Positions 16,759 through 25,605 are shown, numbered from the stretch's first letter. The stretch: 36,017 bases of DNA from an uncultured virus (IMG/VR IMGVR_UViG_3300046030_000062) (IMGVR_UViG_3300046030_000062); one strand, 5' to 3'. Notes: generated by a model from the sequence alone, not told the origin. Program-made: numbers and translations.

Positions 16759-19011
16759 TCACTTGTGCTCCTTCAGCCACGGATTGACGGCATACTTGGG
16801 AAGCGGCGGTCTGCCGGTCCCGGATGCCTTCTGCGGCCTCTGCGCGATGTATCCGTAGTCCTCAAGGAAGTCGAGAACCGGCTGGATGCTCTCCACGGTC
16901 TTGAAGGTCCGGCACATACGCATGGCGTCACGCCGGTCGAAGTGGTCGATGTTCCGCTCCTTGAGCTTCTGGAGGATCATGTCGGCGTTCTTGTACATCG
17001 CATCCTCGGGAAGAACGGAGTAGGCGGCCTGCGCGTGGTTCAGGAAGTACCTGCCAAGCCGGATCGCATTCTGCATGGTCTCGCCCGATACGGTGAGTGC
17101 GCTGTGGACGTCGAGGAAGTCGTGGCTCTGATAGGTGGCTGCCCGGCAGAGGAGCCCGGCGATGCGCAGCACGTTGCCGACGAGCTTTCCAGCCCAGTCG
17201 GCCATCTCCGCATAGCCGGTGGTGAGCTTGGGCTCCAGCCAGTTGGCGAATGCTTCAAGCTCGCGGTCGGCTTCCGGGCTGAGCGTGATGGTCTGCGGCT
17301 TCTCCGGGTACTCGTCGTCCAGCAGGTTCACCACCAGACGCTCATAGGCGCGGTAGATACTGTCGGTCACGGCCTCGCTCCGGTAGCGCCTGCTTCCCAC
17401 ACTGGAGACGGGCATGCTGTAGAGGAACCTCGCGGTGAGCCCTCGTCCGCGGAAGGTCGTGTTGCTGAGGACCGCGGAGACGACGTTCGGCTGCGCCATC
17501 AGGAGGATGGTGAGCGCCGGGTCCATGATGCTTTCACTGTCACGCCCGATACGGTCGACGCGGATCGTGTCTCCCGAGTAGCCCTTGAGCATGACGTCGA
17601 TGTTCACGTTCCGCGTGTAGATGCCGGAGAGCGTGTCGAAGATGCCGCCCTCACTGGAGATCAGCGAGGCGTGGCCGTGGTTGCTGGCGATGACGGAGAC
17701 GAGCTTCTCGGTCGTAATATCATCCACATACAATTGCAGCGGATTCACTTCCTCGAAGTCGGCGACCTCCTGCGCGATGCGCTCAAGCTCCTCCGGATCG
17801 GCGTTGCCCTTGGCGACCTTCTCCTCGAGGGCCTTCTGCCTGCGCTCCAGCACGCGCTTCTGCATGCGTCCCGCCTCGACGGCAGCGGCGTTGGTCTTGT
17901 TGTATTCGACCTCGTAGTCGTTGACTGGCTGCAGCATGAGATGCAGGACCGATGACTTCCTCTCGGACGGAGGGGCGATGACGATCACATAGGTATTGAG
18001 CGGCTCCACCCAGTCGGATTTGCCCTGAATCCGGTACTTCTTCTGAAGGCAGGTCGAGAGAACGGATATGGCGATCGAGCCTGCCATGTCGACAGAGGTC
18101 TGCGTGCTTTCCGCGACGGCCTTCACATAATTGGCGATGGGCTCCGGGAGAGCGTCGACCGGGAAGGGTGCCATCGTGTACCGTGAGAACGGCAGCGGCT
18201 CGCTCCATCCGGTGTCCGGATTGTTGTACTCCTGCGGGCTCACGTAGCCGGGCTGGCTTGCGATCTTCGCATAGTATTTCTGTGCGCTTCTCCAGATGTG
18301 GTTCAGCTCCTCCGTGGAGAGCGGCGGCTGGCATTTCTCCGCTTCCGTGAAATACGCGTTCTTGGATTCTTCTGTATCCCCATAGCGTTTCATGGAGCGT
18401 ACTGCCCACCGGAACATCGTGGTGTTGCGGCTGCCCTCCGGAATGGTCGCCTGCTTTTCGTAGCCTCCCGGCATATCCTTGTCGAACTCGTCCCCGTAGA
18501 GGAAGTCCGTGAGCGTCTTGCCGCCCGGATGGAACTCGACCTTGGGGTCGCGTGTCCCGTAGAGGAATCGCGCCGCGTCGAGCGCGTTCGCATCCAGGTA
18601 GGGGAAGATCTCGTGCAGGAGCTGCTTCAACGCGGCATAAGCCTCGTAGTCGGTCATCGGGTCGATCTGGAAGAACAAATGGAAGCGCGGCCTTGCGGAC
18701 TTCCCGTCCTTGGGACGATTGTTGTGGCGGCTGTAGTGGACGGCGAAGAAAACGCCGGGCAGCGCCTTCCGGATATCCGCTGGCGTCTTCCAGCCCGCCG
18801 GATCATCCGAGTGGTCGTTGTCGCAGTCGACGGGAAGGCAGTCCGAGGAGATGAAGTTGTCATTGCCGCGGTAGTTGTTCCTGTACTTGGCGCACACGTG
18901 GTCGTGCGAGACGGCTCTCTTGAAGCTCGCCTCGTCGGTGACCTGGACTAGGTGCGGGTAGGTGCAGTTGGATTCCTGCTGGTAGGCGTCGGACGTATAG
19001 ATGGTGAACAT
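16759..19011 (-). CDS. Primase-like protein: AEP-like N-terminus, PriCT-1, DUF3987 (YfjI-like) helicase domain
   Basis: VDCDND, HYSRH, RPRFH; IPEGSRNTT..QPPL..EL..IWRSA; PFPVDALP, APPSERKSS, DDITTEKL, GLTARFL. Confidence 0.82.
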   Translation of the reverse strand: MFTIYTSDAYQQESNCTYPHLVQVTDEASFKRAVSHDHVCAKYRNNYRGNDNFISSDCLPVDCDNDHSDDPAGWKTPADIRKALPGVFFAVHYSRHNNRPKDGKSARPRFHLFFQIDPMTDYEAYAALKQLLHEIFPYLDANALDAARFLYGTRDPKVEFHPGGKTLTDFLYGDEFDKDMPGGYEKQATIPEGSRNTTMFRWAVRSMKRYGDTEESKNAYFTEAEKCQPPLSTEELNHIWRSAQKYYAKIASQPGYVSPQEYNNPDTGWSEPLPFSRYTMAPFPVDALPEPIANYVKAVAESTQTSVDMAGSIAISVLSTCLQKKYRIQGKSDWVEPLNTYVIVIAPPSERKSSVLHLMLQPVNDYEVEYNKTNAAAVEAGRMQKRVLERRQKALEEKVAKGNADPEELERIAQEVADFEEVNPLQLYVDDITTEKLVSVIASNHGHASLISSEGGIFDTLSGIYTRNVNIDVMLKGYSGDTIRVDRIGRDSESIMDPALTILLMAQPNVVSAVLSNTTFRGRGLTARFLYSMPVSSVGSRRYRSEAVTDSIYRAYERLVVNLLDDEYPEKPQTITLSPEADRELEAFANWLEPKLTTGYAEMADWAGKLVGNVLRIAGLLCRAATYQSHDFLDVHSALTVSGETMQNAIRLGRYFLNHAQAAYSVLPEDAMYKNADMILQKLKERNIDHFDRRDAMRMCRTFKTVESIQPVLDFLEDYGYIAQRPQKASGTGRPPLPKYAVNPWLKEHK

Positions 19012-19340
19012 CAGTCGTACACCTCCTTGGATTCCTCCTCCAGCACCTGCATGATGAACTTGAGTGCCGTGATCATGGTGGCAAGCTCGCAGTCGCCGCC
19101 GAGGGTGACCTCGAAGCCGCCGTTCCCGTAGCGGTCCTGTATCGGGTTCACGCGGATGTCCGTGCCTCCAAGATCCGTGATGCGCAGATAGGTGCGGCCT
19201 CCGTGACCAGTGTCGCCGCCCATGTATCCGGTCGTCCCGGCCTCGGCCTCGAGTACATTCGCACTGGTGATCTCGCGGCTGTATGTGGTGATTCTGGTTC
19301 CGTCATAGAGCGTCCGCTGGTTTTCTTCGATTGCATGCAT
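19011..19340 (-). CDS. Conserved hypothetical phage protein
   Basis: EAGTTGYMGGDTGHGGRTY..I.D.GGTD...LGGDCEL; GGAGG RBS before ATG 19340. Confidence 0.75.
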   Translation of the reverse strand: MHAIEENQRTLYDGTRITTYSREITSANVLEAEAGTTGYMGGDTGHGGRTYLRITDLGGTDIRVNPIQDRYGNGGFEVTLGGDCELATMITALKFIMQVLEEESKEVYD

Positions 19341-19345
19341 AAGTG

Positions 19346-19762
19346 TTAGACCTCCTTCAAATCCTCTGTGAAATAGCGCAGCCGGTAGCCCTTCCAGCGG
19401 GCTCTTCGTATTTCCGCTGCCATGCCGTTCGAGATCCTGTCTCCGAACACCCAGACCTCGGCGCACTTGCTCATGAGCGCGTTTCCGAAGAAGAGTCCGA
19501 GCTCGCGCTCAGTAGGGTCGGTGTCGTCAAGGAACTGCGGAAACAGCAGATGCGGCGCGATGGGGATGTATCCCTGTTCGACTGCGAACCGGCAGTAGCG
19601 CCGGGCGTCCGCCACGTTCCTCTGAATGTCTCCCGCATATGGCGAGCAGACGTAGATGATGGGACGGAAAGCGCGGAGCGCCTTCTTCTCTTCAAGTTCG
19701 ATAAGGCTCAGCGCCTCGTAGCATGTCGGGTCCGGATAGCCCTCAAAATTCCTGTAATCCAA
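19346..19762 (-). CDS. DUF4406/DUF7768-like protein (nucleoside 2-deoxyribosyltransferase-like fold)
   Basis: YVCSPYAGD, PIAPHL.FPQF, C.EVWVFG..IS.GM..EI; TTG start after AAAGGAGG. Confidence 0.8.
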   Translation of the reverse strand: MDYRNFEGYPDPTCYEALSLIELEEKKALRAFRPIIYVCSPYAGDIQRNVADARRYCRFAVEQGYIPIAPHLLFPQFLDDTDPTERELGLFFGNALMSKCAEVWVFGDRISNGMAAEIRRARWKGYRLRYFTEDLKEV

Positions 19763-19810
19763 ACCGGTATCCTCCTTTCCGGCAGGCAATAGAAAAAGCG
19801 GCCTGCCTCT

Positions 19811-19846
19811 ACTTCCCACTGGAGGAGACAGACCGCTTTTGACGAA
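19811..19846 (-). promoter_or_regulatory. Repeated bipartite promoter-like motif, copy B1 (TTCGTCAAAA-N11-CCTCCAGTGGGAAGT)
   Basis: Identical blocks and spacing at 24352-24387. Confidence 0.75.
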
Positions 19847-19853
19847 ACGAAAA

Positions 19854-21851
19854 TCAGTCTTTCTTATAGAAATCGCAGACATACCCGTCCGCACGGAGCA
19901 CCAGACCATCCGCCCACGAAGGGACGCGGCCCATCTGCTCGCACAAGGCGTCAAGCGATACCCGCGGATCGGCTTCGATGACCAGCTCGTCGTGGATATG
20001 CATGCAGATATCGCAACAGCGGAGCGTCTTCATCGAATTGCAGAGAATGTCGCGGCTGGTGGCCTGCACGATGTTCTCCACGAACTTCGGGCCGTACGAT
20101 TCGAGGCGTTCCCATTTCTTCGTGCCGTCCACGCCCTCGTAGGTGATGCACTCGCCGCCGAAACGGTTCATGCCGACCTTCGGCTTCACATACGCAAGAT
20201 TCCGACCGGAGGGCAAGGTGATGAACAGCATGCCCGCCTGCCAGAAGAAGGTGAGTTTTCCGAGCCGTGTGGTTTTGTGGTTCTTCACAGCAGCCATGAC
20301 TGCCTTGTCGACGTCCCACCAGAACTTCACGATCTGCTGGTTCGCGTCCCGCCATGAGGAGACGATGTCCGGGAGCTCATCTTCAGACAGGCCCATTTCG
20401 AGTGCGCCCATTGCCTTCAAAGCGCCGGTTGAGCCGCCGTAGCCGCAGGCCAGCTCCGCGATCTTGCCTTTGGCGCGAAGCTCGCCGTTCACGCCGTGCT
20501 TGACGACCGGCTTGTGGAACATTCGGCTTGCCGTCGAGCAGTAGATGTCCTCGCCGTTCGCGAACGCGTCGGATTTCCACTGTTCGCCTGCGTACCATGC
20601 GATGACGCGTGCTTCGATGGCGGAGAAGTCCGCCACGTAGAACCGGCAGCCGTCCTTCGGGATGAAGGCGGTGCGGATAAGCTGGGAGAGCGTGTCGGGG
20701 ACATCCTCGTAGATCATCTTCACGGCCTCGTAGTCGCCGGACTTCACGAGCGCCCGCGCGGCATCCAGGTCAGGCAGATGGTTCTGCGGCAGATTCTGCA
20801 GCTGGATGAGACGACCGGCCCAGCGCCCGGTGCGGTTCGCGCCATAGAACATGAACATGCCTCTTGCACGGCTGTCGTCGCATACTGCCCGCTGCATCGT
20901 CTGGTATTTCTTCACACTGGATTTCGCGAGCTGCTGCCGGAGCTCCAGCACCTCCGCCAGCTCAGGTGGTGCGGTTTTGAGGAGTGCGGCGACTGCCTTT
21001 TTGCCGAGGCTGTCGACCTCCATGCCGTTGTCGGAGAGCCATTGCTTCATCTGCTGGACGCTGTTCGGATTCTCCAGATTCGTAATCGCCTGCATCTTCT
21101 CTGTCAGCTCGCTGCGGGAGCGGGTGTCCATGTCGATGGCCTTCTCCACGAGATCCATGTCGATGCGCACGCCTCGGTCGTTGATCTCCTGGTCGATGTG
21201 GTACTCGTCCCACACGAAGTCCGGCACCGGGAAGCTCCGCAGTTTCCTTTGGATCATCATCTCGACCTCGACGTCGCGCTGGTTGTACTTCTTGAATGTC
21301 GCCCATTTGCCGGGATCATCCGATGGCAGGTTCCGAGTGCGTCCGCCGTTCGCCTTGGTGGGTGCGCAGGGGACGGAGAAGTATTTGATGAGGGCCTTGC
21401 CTTCATCCATCTTCTGGTCGGCAAGCTGCAGGACTGCGCCGACGCCTTTCAAGCTGAGAGGGAGTCCCATTGTCGCCGCCCAGACCATCGAGCAGCGCCA
21501 GCCCTCCGGATTCAGGAACCGGGCATGCTCCAATGACAGCGGATGATTGTCATGGAACGGGTCAAGGCCCCGGCCCATGTCCCGCAGGTAGCGCGACAGG
21601 CAGACGCGTTCGAAGTTTGCGTTAAATGCCCATTTGAGAACCGTGTCATCGGTCAGCGCGTCGAGGATGTCCTCCGGGATCTTTTCACCGCAGGCAAGGT
21701 CGACGACTTTAACCGGGCCTCCGTCCACGCTGTAGCCGAACAGGAGAATCTCGAAGGCAGGCGAACTGCAATAGCGATAAACGCCGCATTTGCCAAGATC
21801 GACGTCGCTGAACGTCTCGATATCTATGCTGATTGTCTTCACATTTTTCAC
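19854..21851 (-). CDS. Phage DNA polymerase, family A, with 3'-5' exonuclease domain
   Basis: IDIET, AFNANFE, YNQRD exonuclease motifs; RTGRW; motif A DFSAIEARV, motif B RAKGKIAELACGYG, motif C HIHDE. Confidence 0.95.
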   Translation of the reverse strand: MKNVKTISIDIETFSDVDLGKCGVYRYCSSPAFEILLFGYSVDGGPVKVVDLACGEKIPEDILDALTDDTVLKWAFNANFERVCLSRYLRDMGRGLDPFHDNHPLSLEHARFLNPEGWRCSMVWAATMGLPLSLKGVGAVLQLADQKMDEGKALIKYFSVPCAPTKANGGRTRNLPSDDPGKWATFKKYNQRDVEVEMMIQRKLRSFPVPDFVWDEYHIDQEINDRGVRIDMDLVEKAIDMDTRSRSELTEKMQAITNLENPNSVQQMKQWLSDNGMEVDSLGKKAVAALLKTAPPELAEVLELRQQLAKSSVKKYQTMQRAVCDDSRARGMFMFYGANRTGRWAGRLIQLQNLPQNHLPDLDAARALVKSGDYEAVKMIYEDVPDTLSQLIRTAFIPKDGCRFYVADFSAIEARVIAWYAGEQWKSDAFANGEDIYCSTASRMFHKPVVKHGVNGELRAKGKIAELACGYGGSTGALKAMGALEMGLSEDELPDIVSSWRDANQQIVKFWWDVDKAVMAAVKNHKTTRLGKLTFFWQAGMLFITLPSGRNLAYVKPKVGMNRFGGECITYEGVDGTKKWERLESYGPKFVENIVQATSRDILCNSMKTLRCCDICMHIHDELVIEADPRVSLDALCEQMGRVPSWADGLVLRADGYVCDFYKKD

Positions 21852-21860
21852 CTCAATTCA

Positions 21861-21895
21861 CGAATAAGGCGGCAGGGAGATAGGTCCCTGCCGCC
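21861..21895 (-). terminator. GC-rich hairpin / probable terminator upstream of the polymerase gene
   Basis: 11-bp perfect IR GGCGGCAGGGA/TCCCTGCCGCC (21868-21895) followed by TTATTCG. Confidence 0.55.
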
Positions 21896-21920
21896 CGCCA
21901 ACAGCTTTATGTTCTGTGGA

Positions 21921-22118
21921 TTAGCTGCGATGCGCTTCGAGTTCCTTCATGCGGCGCTCGTGGTACTCCTTGTCGCGCTCCTCCTGATGGAGCCTGAGTT
22001 CCTTGTCCTCCCGGTAGGAGCGGGCGCTCGTGACCGAGATGATGATCAGGAGCGCGATGCCGCTGAGGCCGAGCAGGTCGTAGATGATGCAGAGAATCAT
22101 GTTCATGATGGTTTCCAT
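21921..22118 (-). CDS. Small hypothetical membrane protein
   Basis: Hydrophobic N-terminal half, charged C-terminal half; AAGGAGG RBS. Confidence 0.7.
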   Translation of the reverse strand: METIMNMILCIIYDLLGLSGIALLIIISVTSARSYREDKELRLHQEERDKEYHERRMKELEAHRS

Positions 22119-22130
22119 TGGCTTGCCTCC

Positions 22131-22709
22131 TTAGTTCAGGAAATCGTCGTCGTTGTCGGTTGTGAAATCCGCGAAGTCGGATTCTGCGCTGGCCTTGCTG
22201 CCGAGCGGCTCGCCATCACGGATCTTCTGCAGGTTGTTCAGGCCGCAGGCGATGCCGCGGTTCCCGGAGGAGTTGAACGCGTAGAACGTGATGCTGGCTC
22301 TGCCGTACACGCCGGAGTACACCTCGCTGCGGGAAAGAATCGGATTCAGGTCCGCGTCCACGATGCCCGGAGCGGTCGTTGCGTTCGCATTCACGAAGTA
22401 GGAGCCGCGGTAGGCCTCGTCGTCCGGACGCTCCGCGTCGCCGTCACGAAGCGGCGTCTTGATCACGGACAGCGCGGGAACGGACTTGCTGTTGCCCTTG
22501 AGCTTGGCTTCGCCCTCCTTATAGGCAGCCTCGATGGCGGCCTTGACCTTGGCGACCGTCACGGTGTCGGACTTCGGGATGATGAGGCTTACGCTGTATT
22601 TCGGCGTTCCGCCGTTGATGGACTTCGGCTCCCAGACGTTCGCGTAGGACCAGCGGGTGTTCGGGCCAGTGATAACCTTCATCGGATTGTGCATAGTTGT
22701 CTTACTCAT
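22131..22709 (-). CDS. DUF2815 single-stranded DNA-binding protein (T7 gp2.5-like)
   Basis: RWSYANVWEP, PKYSVSLIIPK, PLRDGD, EVYSGVYGR, GLNNLQK, acidic tail DDDFLN. Confidence 0.9.
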   Translation of the reverse strand: MSKTTMHNPMKVITGPNTRWSYANVWEPKSINGGTPKYSVSLIIPKSDTVTVAKVKAAIEAAYKEGEAKLKGNSKSVPALSVIKTPLRDGDAERPDDEAYRGSYFVNANATTAPGIVDADLNPILSRSEVYSGVYGRASITFYAFNSSGNRGIACGLNNLQKIRDGEPLGSKASAESDFADFTTDNDDDFLN

Positions 22710-23844
22710 GATTTTTGACCTCCTTGAAGTCGTTTTTTGCTGTATTCATCGCCGGACGCTTGTCGGAGTCCGGGACGAGTGTTGGTTTGCCCTGCGGCTT
22801 CTCGATGAAGCCTGACAGGAGTTCATTGAACCGGTTCTTTCCGAGGAGCTTCTGCATGGCAGTAATGCCGAGCAGCTTCTTCTCATACGGGTCGAATCCG
22901 GCGTCTTCGACCGTCTTGGCGACGGCGGTTTCATTGGCGTACTTGCGGACGGACCTGCCCTCTACGAGCTTGAAGCCGCGCCACTCCTTGCCGGAAAGCG
23001 CCTGCTGGAGCGCGTACTCCTTGATGTCGGACGCCCACGAGACCAGCTCGTCCACCTGGGAAAGGATGACCTCGATCTCCGCGTCGGAGAGCTCCGGCGG
23101 CAGCCTGAACTCATGCTGCGCGAGCTTCAGGTTCTCCTCGGCCCGTTTCCTGCAGATGGTCTTCGCCTTGCAGAACCGGCACCACGGGCCGCAGGAGAAT
23201 TCCCCCTTGCCGTCCCAGGCCAGCTCCGCCGTAGGCTTCAGAACCTCGTCCGCCCATGCGAGCAGGTCCTTCTTGCTGATCTGCCATTCGCTGACGTTCT
23301 GCCGTCTCGGCTGGTAGATCGACATGGCGACCGAATCGATGTCGTAGATGTCGTCGAACAGCTCCAAGGCACCCAGCGAGTAGCATTTGAGCTGCGGATT
23401 GTCCTCCGCCGACACGGCGATGCCGGTGCCGTACTTCAGATCGATGATCCGGAGCGTGCCGTCCGCGATGATCAGCGCATCGGATGTGCCGAAGCCCTGT
23501 CTCACCCAGCGGGAGTAGTCCACGCGCTGCTCGACCAGAACAACCGGATCAGAGCAGGCCTCTTTTGCGGCCTCGACCTTTTCCAGTACGTAGCTGACAT
23601 AGCCGTCTGTTGCTTCCTCCATCTCCTCGTTGTAGAAGGCGAGGTCCTCGGTCGGGTCCTGTGCCGGGTAGCCGAGCGCCTTGCGGAGCTTGTATTCGGC
23701 GAGCGCGTGAGCGCAGGTGCCTTCCAGTGCGTAGTCGCTTCCTTTGTCCTCGAATCCCTCGCTAAGCCGTACCGACGGCGGGCAGTGAATCCACCGGTCG
23801 GAGCTTGATGCGGAGAGGACCGCATGCTGTCTTTCAGAATTCAT
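22702..23844 (-). CDS. DUF2800 protein (Cas4-like PD-(D/E)xK nuclease)
   Basis: HAVLSASSS.RW..CPPS, FGTSD, IIDLKYG, QLKCY, WCRFC...C; start MNSERQ at 23844. Confidence 0.9.
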   Translation of the reverse strand: MNSERQHAVLSASSSDRWIHCPPSVRLSEGFEDKGSDYALEGTCAHALAEYKLRKALGYPAQDPTEDLAFYNEEMEEATDGYVSYVLEKVEAAKEACSDPVVLVEQRVDYSRWVRQGFGTSDALIIADGTLRIIDLKYGTGIAVSAEDNPQLKCYSLGALELFDDIYDIDSVAMSIYQPRRQNVSEWQISKKDLLAWADEVLKPTAELAWDGKGEFSCGPWCRFCKAKTICRKRAEENLKLAQHEFRLPPELSDAEIEVILSQVDELVSWASDIKEYALQQALSGKEWRGFKLVEGRSVRKYANETAVAKTVEDAGFDPYEKKLLGITAMQKLLGKNRFNELLSGFIEKPQGKPTLVPDSDKRPAMNTAKNDFKEVKNHE

Positions 23845-24166
23845 TGAGTCCCTCCACATCAAAGGGCAGGGCCTCGTAGTCCTTCGGATCGACAGCCGAC
23901 AGCTTGCTCGCACCGTACTTGTGGAGCAGCTCGCGGATCTGCGCCGTATAGCCTGCGCGCGACCGTTCGGCGAGAACCTTCCTCACATCCTCCAGCTTCA
24001 GCTCCTTCTTCGGCTCAGGCTCGGCCTGCGTCTCTTCAGGCTGCGGAGCGGGTCCCTCGTCGTTGCCGGAGAACTGCTGGTAGAGCCAGTCGGCCGCGCT
24101 GTTAATAGCAGCGGCGGCATCGCGCAGTTCCTTGATGGTCTGATCCATTTCTGCCATTTTTGACAT
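23834..24166 (-). CDS. Conserved phage protein (small helical protein preceding DUF2800)
   Basis: LEDVRKVLAERSRAGYT..IRELL.KYGASKLS.VDP..Y; GGAGG RBS before ATG 24166. Confidence 0.8.
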   Translation of the reverse strand: MSKMAEMDQTIKELRDAAAAINSAADWLYQQFSGNDEGPAPQPEETQAEPEPKKELKLEDVRKVLAERSRAGYTAQIRELLHKYGASKLSAVDPKDYEALPFDVEGLNEF

Positions 24167-24308
24167 TCTCTTTGCCTCCTTCCAATGGTTGTCTGTCTGC
24201 GGCAAGGATCGAGAGGTTCCTTGCCAGTCTTGCGGATACATGGCTTATCGCGATAAGAACGGCGATAACCTCGGTGTCCGCGGGACTTCTGTTGCGTGTC
24301 GTGTTCAT
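24102..24308 (-). CDS. Conserved hypothetical phage protein
   Basis: EVIAVLIAISHVSARLARNL; GGAGG RBS; first gene after motif B2. Confidence 0.65.
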   Translation of the reverse strand: MNTTRNRSPADTEVIAVLIAISHVSARLARNLSILAADRQPLEGGKENVKNGRNGSDHQGTARCRRCY

Positions 24309-24351
24309 CACGTTTCCTCCAATCCGGAGCATCTGTTTTCGTGCTCCTTAC

Positions 24352-24387
24352 ACTTCCCACTGGAGGCGGGCGGGCCGTTTTGACGAA
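24352..24387 (-). promoter_or_regulatory. Repeated bipartite promoter-like motif, copy B2
   Basis: Matches 19811-19846; directly downstream of the sigma-like gene and its terminator. Confidence 0.75.
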
Positions 24388-24404
24388 GGGAAAAGAAGAA
24401 TTTC

Positions 24405-24442
24405 AGAAAAAAGCTCCGGCCACCACGATGGGCAGCCGGAGC
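24405..24442 (-). terminator. Intrinsic terminator after the sigma-like gene
   Basis: GCTCCGGC/GCCGGAGC stem followed by TTTTTT. Confidence 0.75.
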
Positions 24443-24449
24443 CGCATGA

Positions 24450-24950
24450 TTAGAACCAGTCGGGGAACTCCTGAGACAGCTTCCCCTCGGCCTTCTTCAG
24501 ACGGGACAGGAACGTCGTGCGCTTGATGCCGACGATGTCGGCGATGGCCTCGTCGGAGAGGCCTTCCTCGCGGAGCTCTCCGATACGCTTGGCCTCCGGC
24601 ATGAGCTCCTGCAGACGCTCGAACAGCTGGTCCAGCTCCGCCTTCTCGGAAAGCACCTCTTCAATAAGAGGAGCGCCGTCCGGAACGTAATCGGCGAGCG
24701 TTCCTTCGCCGTCAGGCAGTGGATCGTCAAGAGAGACGGTCGTGTTGTTGCGGAATTCGCAGTCGAGGCAGTTGCCGTCGCACAGCCACCATTTGCTGCG
24801 CGGGCAGAAGCACTCGCCGCGATACTGCATGCGTTTCCTCAGCGCCGTGCGCCAGCGGTCGTACTCGCGATACTGGTCCTCCGGGATCTCGTACCACTGC
24901 TTGGTGGTCTTGTCGTAGATGCGTTTACTCTGATTGTCATTGGTTTTCAT
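24450..24950 (-). CDS. Sigma-70 region 4 / ECF-like phage regulator with Cys cluster
   Basis: C.CP...WWLCDGNCLDCEF; SLD; EGLSDEAIADIVGIKRTTFLSRLKK HTH; GGAGG RBS before ATG 24950. Confidence 0.85.
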   Translation of the reverse strand: MKTNDNQSKRIYDKTTKQWYEIPEDQYREYDRWRTALRKRMQYRGECFCPRSKWWLCDGNCLDCEFRNNTTVSLDDPLPDGEGTLADYVPDGAPLIEEVLSEKAELDQLFERLQELMPEAKRIGELREEGLSDEAIADIVGIKRTTFLSRLKKAEGKLSQEFPDWF

Positions 24951-24958
24951 GCGCGATA

Positions 24959-25184
24959 CCTCCGTTCGCTTCTCCCGAACCGGAGGCCGCACAAAAAAGG
25001 AGCGTGACAGGCCAGACGGAACGGGAATTAACTCGTTTCGTTCGGCCAGCCACGCTCGTAGACTGGTTTTTTATTCATTTGTGACCGCTACAACTGCTCG
25101 AGCCACCTCTGTGCACCGGGGTGAACGGCTATGGCGGTGAGCCTTTTAACGCCTTGCTCAGGGCAAATCCGAACCTCCTAACAT
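24959..25184 (-). promoter_or_regulatory. Structured 5' leader of the sigma-like gene (terminator-like stem and RBS-sequestering hairpin)
   Basis: GAGCGTG...CACGCTC stem (25000-25057) plus CTTTTTT; CCTCCG(G)TTCG/CGAACGGAGG hairpin (24959-24986) pairs the RBS. Confidence 0.6.
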
Positions 25185-25240
25185 ATGGAGCTCTGCGGGC
25201 TGTTTTGTAGCCCTTTTTCGATATGTTTCATAGGAGATTC

Positions 25241-25432
25241 TCAGTTGTCGTTAATCATCAGCTCCAGATCGCCGAACACTTCCTCGTAATAGGAAGGGCA
25301 GAGATCGTCGAAGCAGGTCGCGTCGTAGCGCTGAAACACGCCATCGACAGCTGCCTCTCCGTAGATGGAGCAGACCTGGTCAGCATCGTTCTCGATATTG
25401 ATGCGCCACATTTCTCTATCGTCGTGAGTCAC
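25241..25432 (-). CDS. Small acidic hypothetical protein
   Basis: GGAGGTG RBS, GTG start; first gene of the leftward early unit. Confidence 0.7.
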   Translation of the reverse strand: MTHDDREMWRINIENDADQVCSIYGEAAVDGVFQRYDATCFDDLCPSYYEEVFGDLELMINDN

Positions 25433-25503
25433 TGTCTCACCTCCATTTGTTTGCCTGTATTTGTCGATTCATGTATGTTTGACGCTTCTGAAATCTGATA
25501 CTG

Positions 25504-25532
25504 TTGATTTGTTTATAAAGAACTCGTATAAT
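25504..25532 (+). promoter_or_regulatory. Sigma-A type promoter for the rightward operon
   Basis: TTGATT-17 nt-TATAAT. Confidence 0.7.
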
Positions 25533-25605
25533 TAATTCCAGAGGTCTGTCTTTTGTTGTCTTCAGGGCCCGTTCGATCAACTGCCCTTATTGTCGAATGA
25601 CAGTT

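Larger units (their letters stand above)
1..25432 (-). mobile_element. Prophage (HK97-like head, siphoviral tail, PolA/DUF2800/DUF2815 replication module), partial; runs off base 1, and the right boundary may include the R-M operon
   Basis: Contiguous co-oriented set of recognisable phage genes in canonical order; no att site or integrase visible in the window. Confidence 0.95.

Noticed and set aside
16511..16780. 89-aa minus-strand ORF
   Set aside because: Runs across the iteron/AT-rich origin candidate; no RBS and the composition reflects the repeats
22702..23844. Cas4-like nuclease as evidence for a CRISPR system
   Set aside because: Standard DUF2800 phage replication gene; no repeat-spacer array or other cas genes seen in the window
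14..25498. Many long plus-strand ORFs over the prophage (e.g. 3291-4655, 16765-17955, 21543-22718) and minus-strand ORFs over hsdM/hsdR
   Set aside because: Antisense shadows of real genes in GC-rich DNA; no RBS or recognisable motifs
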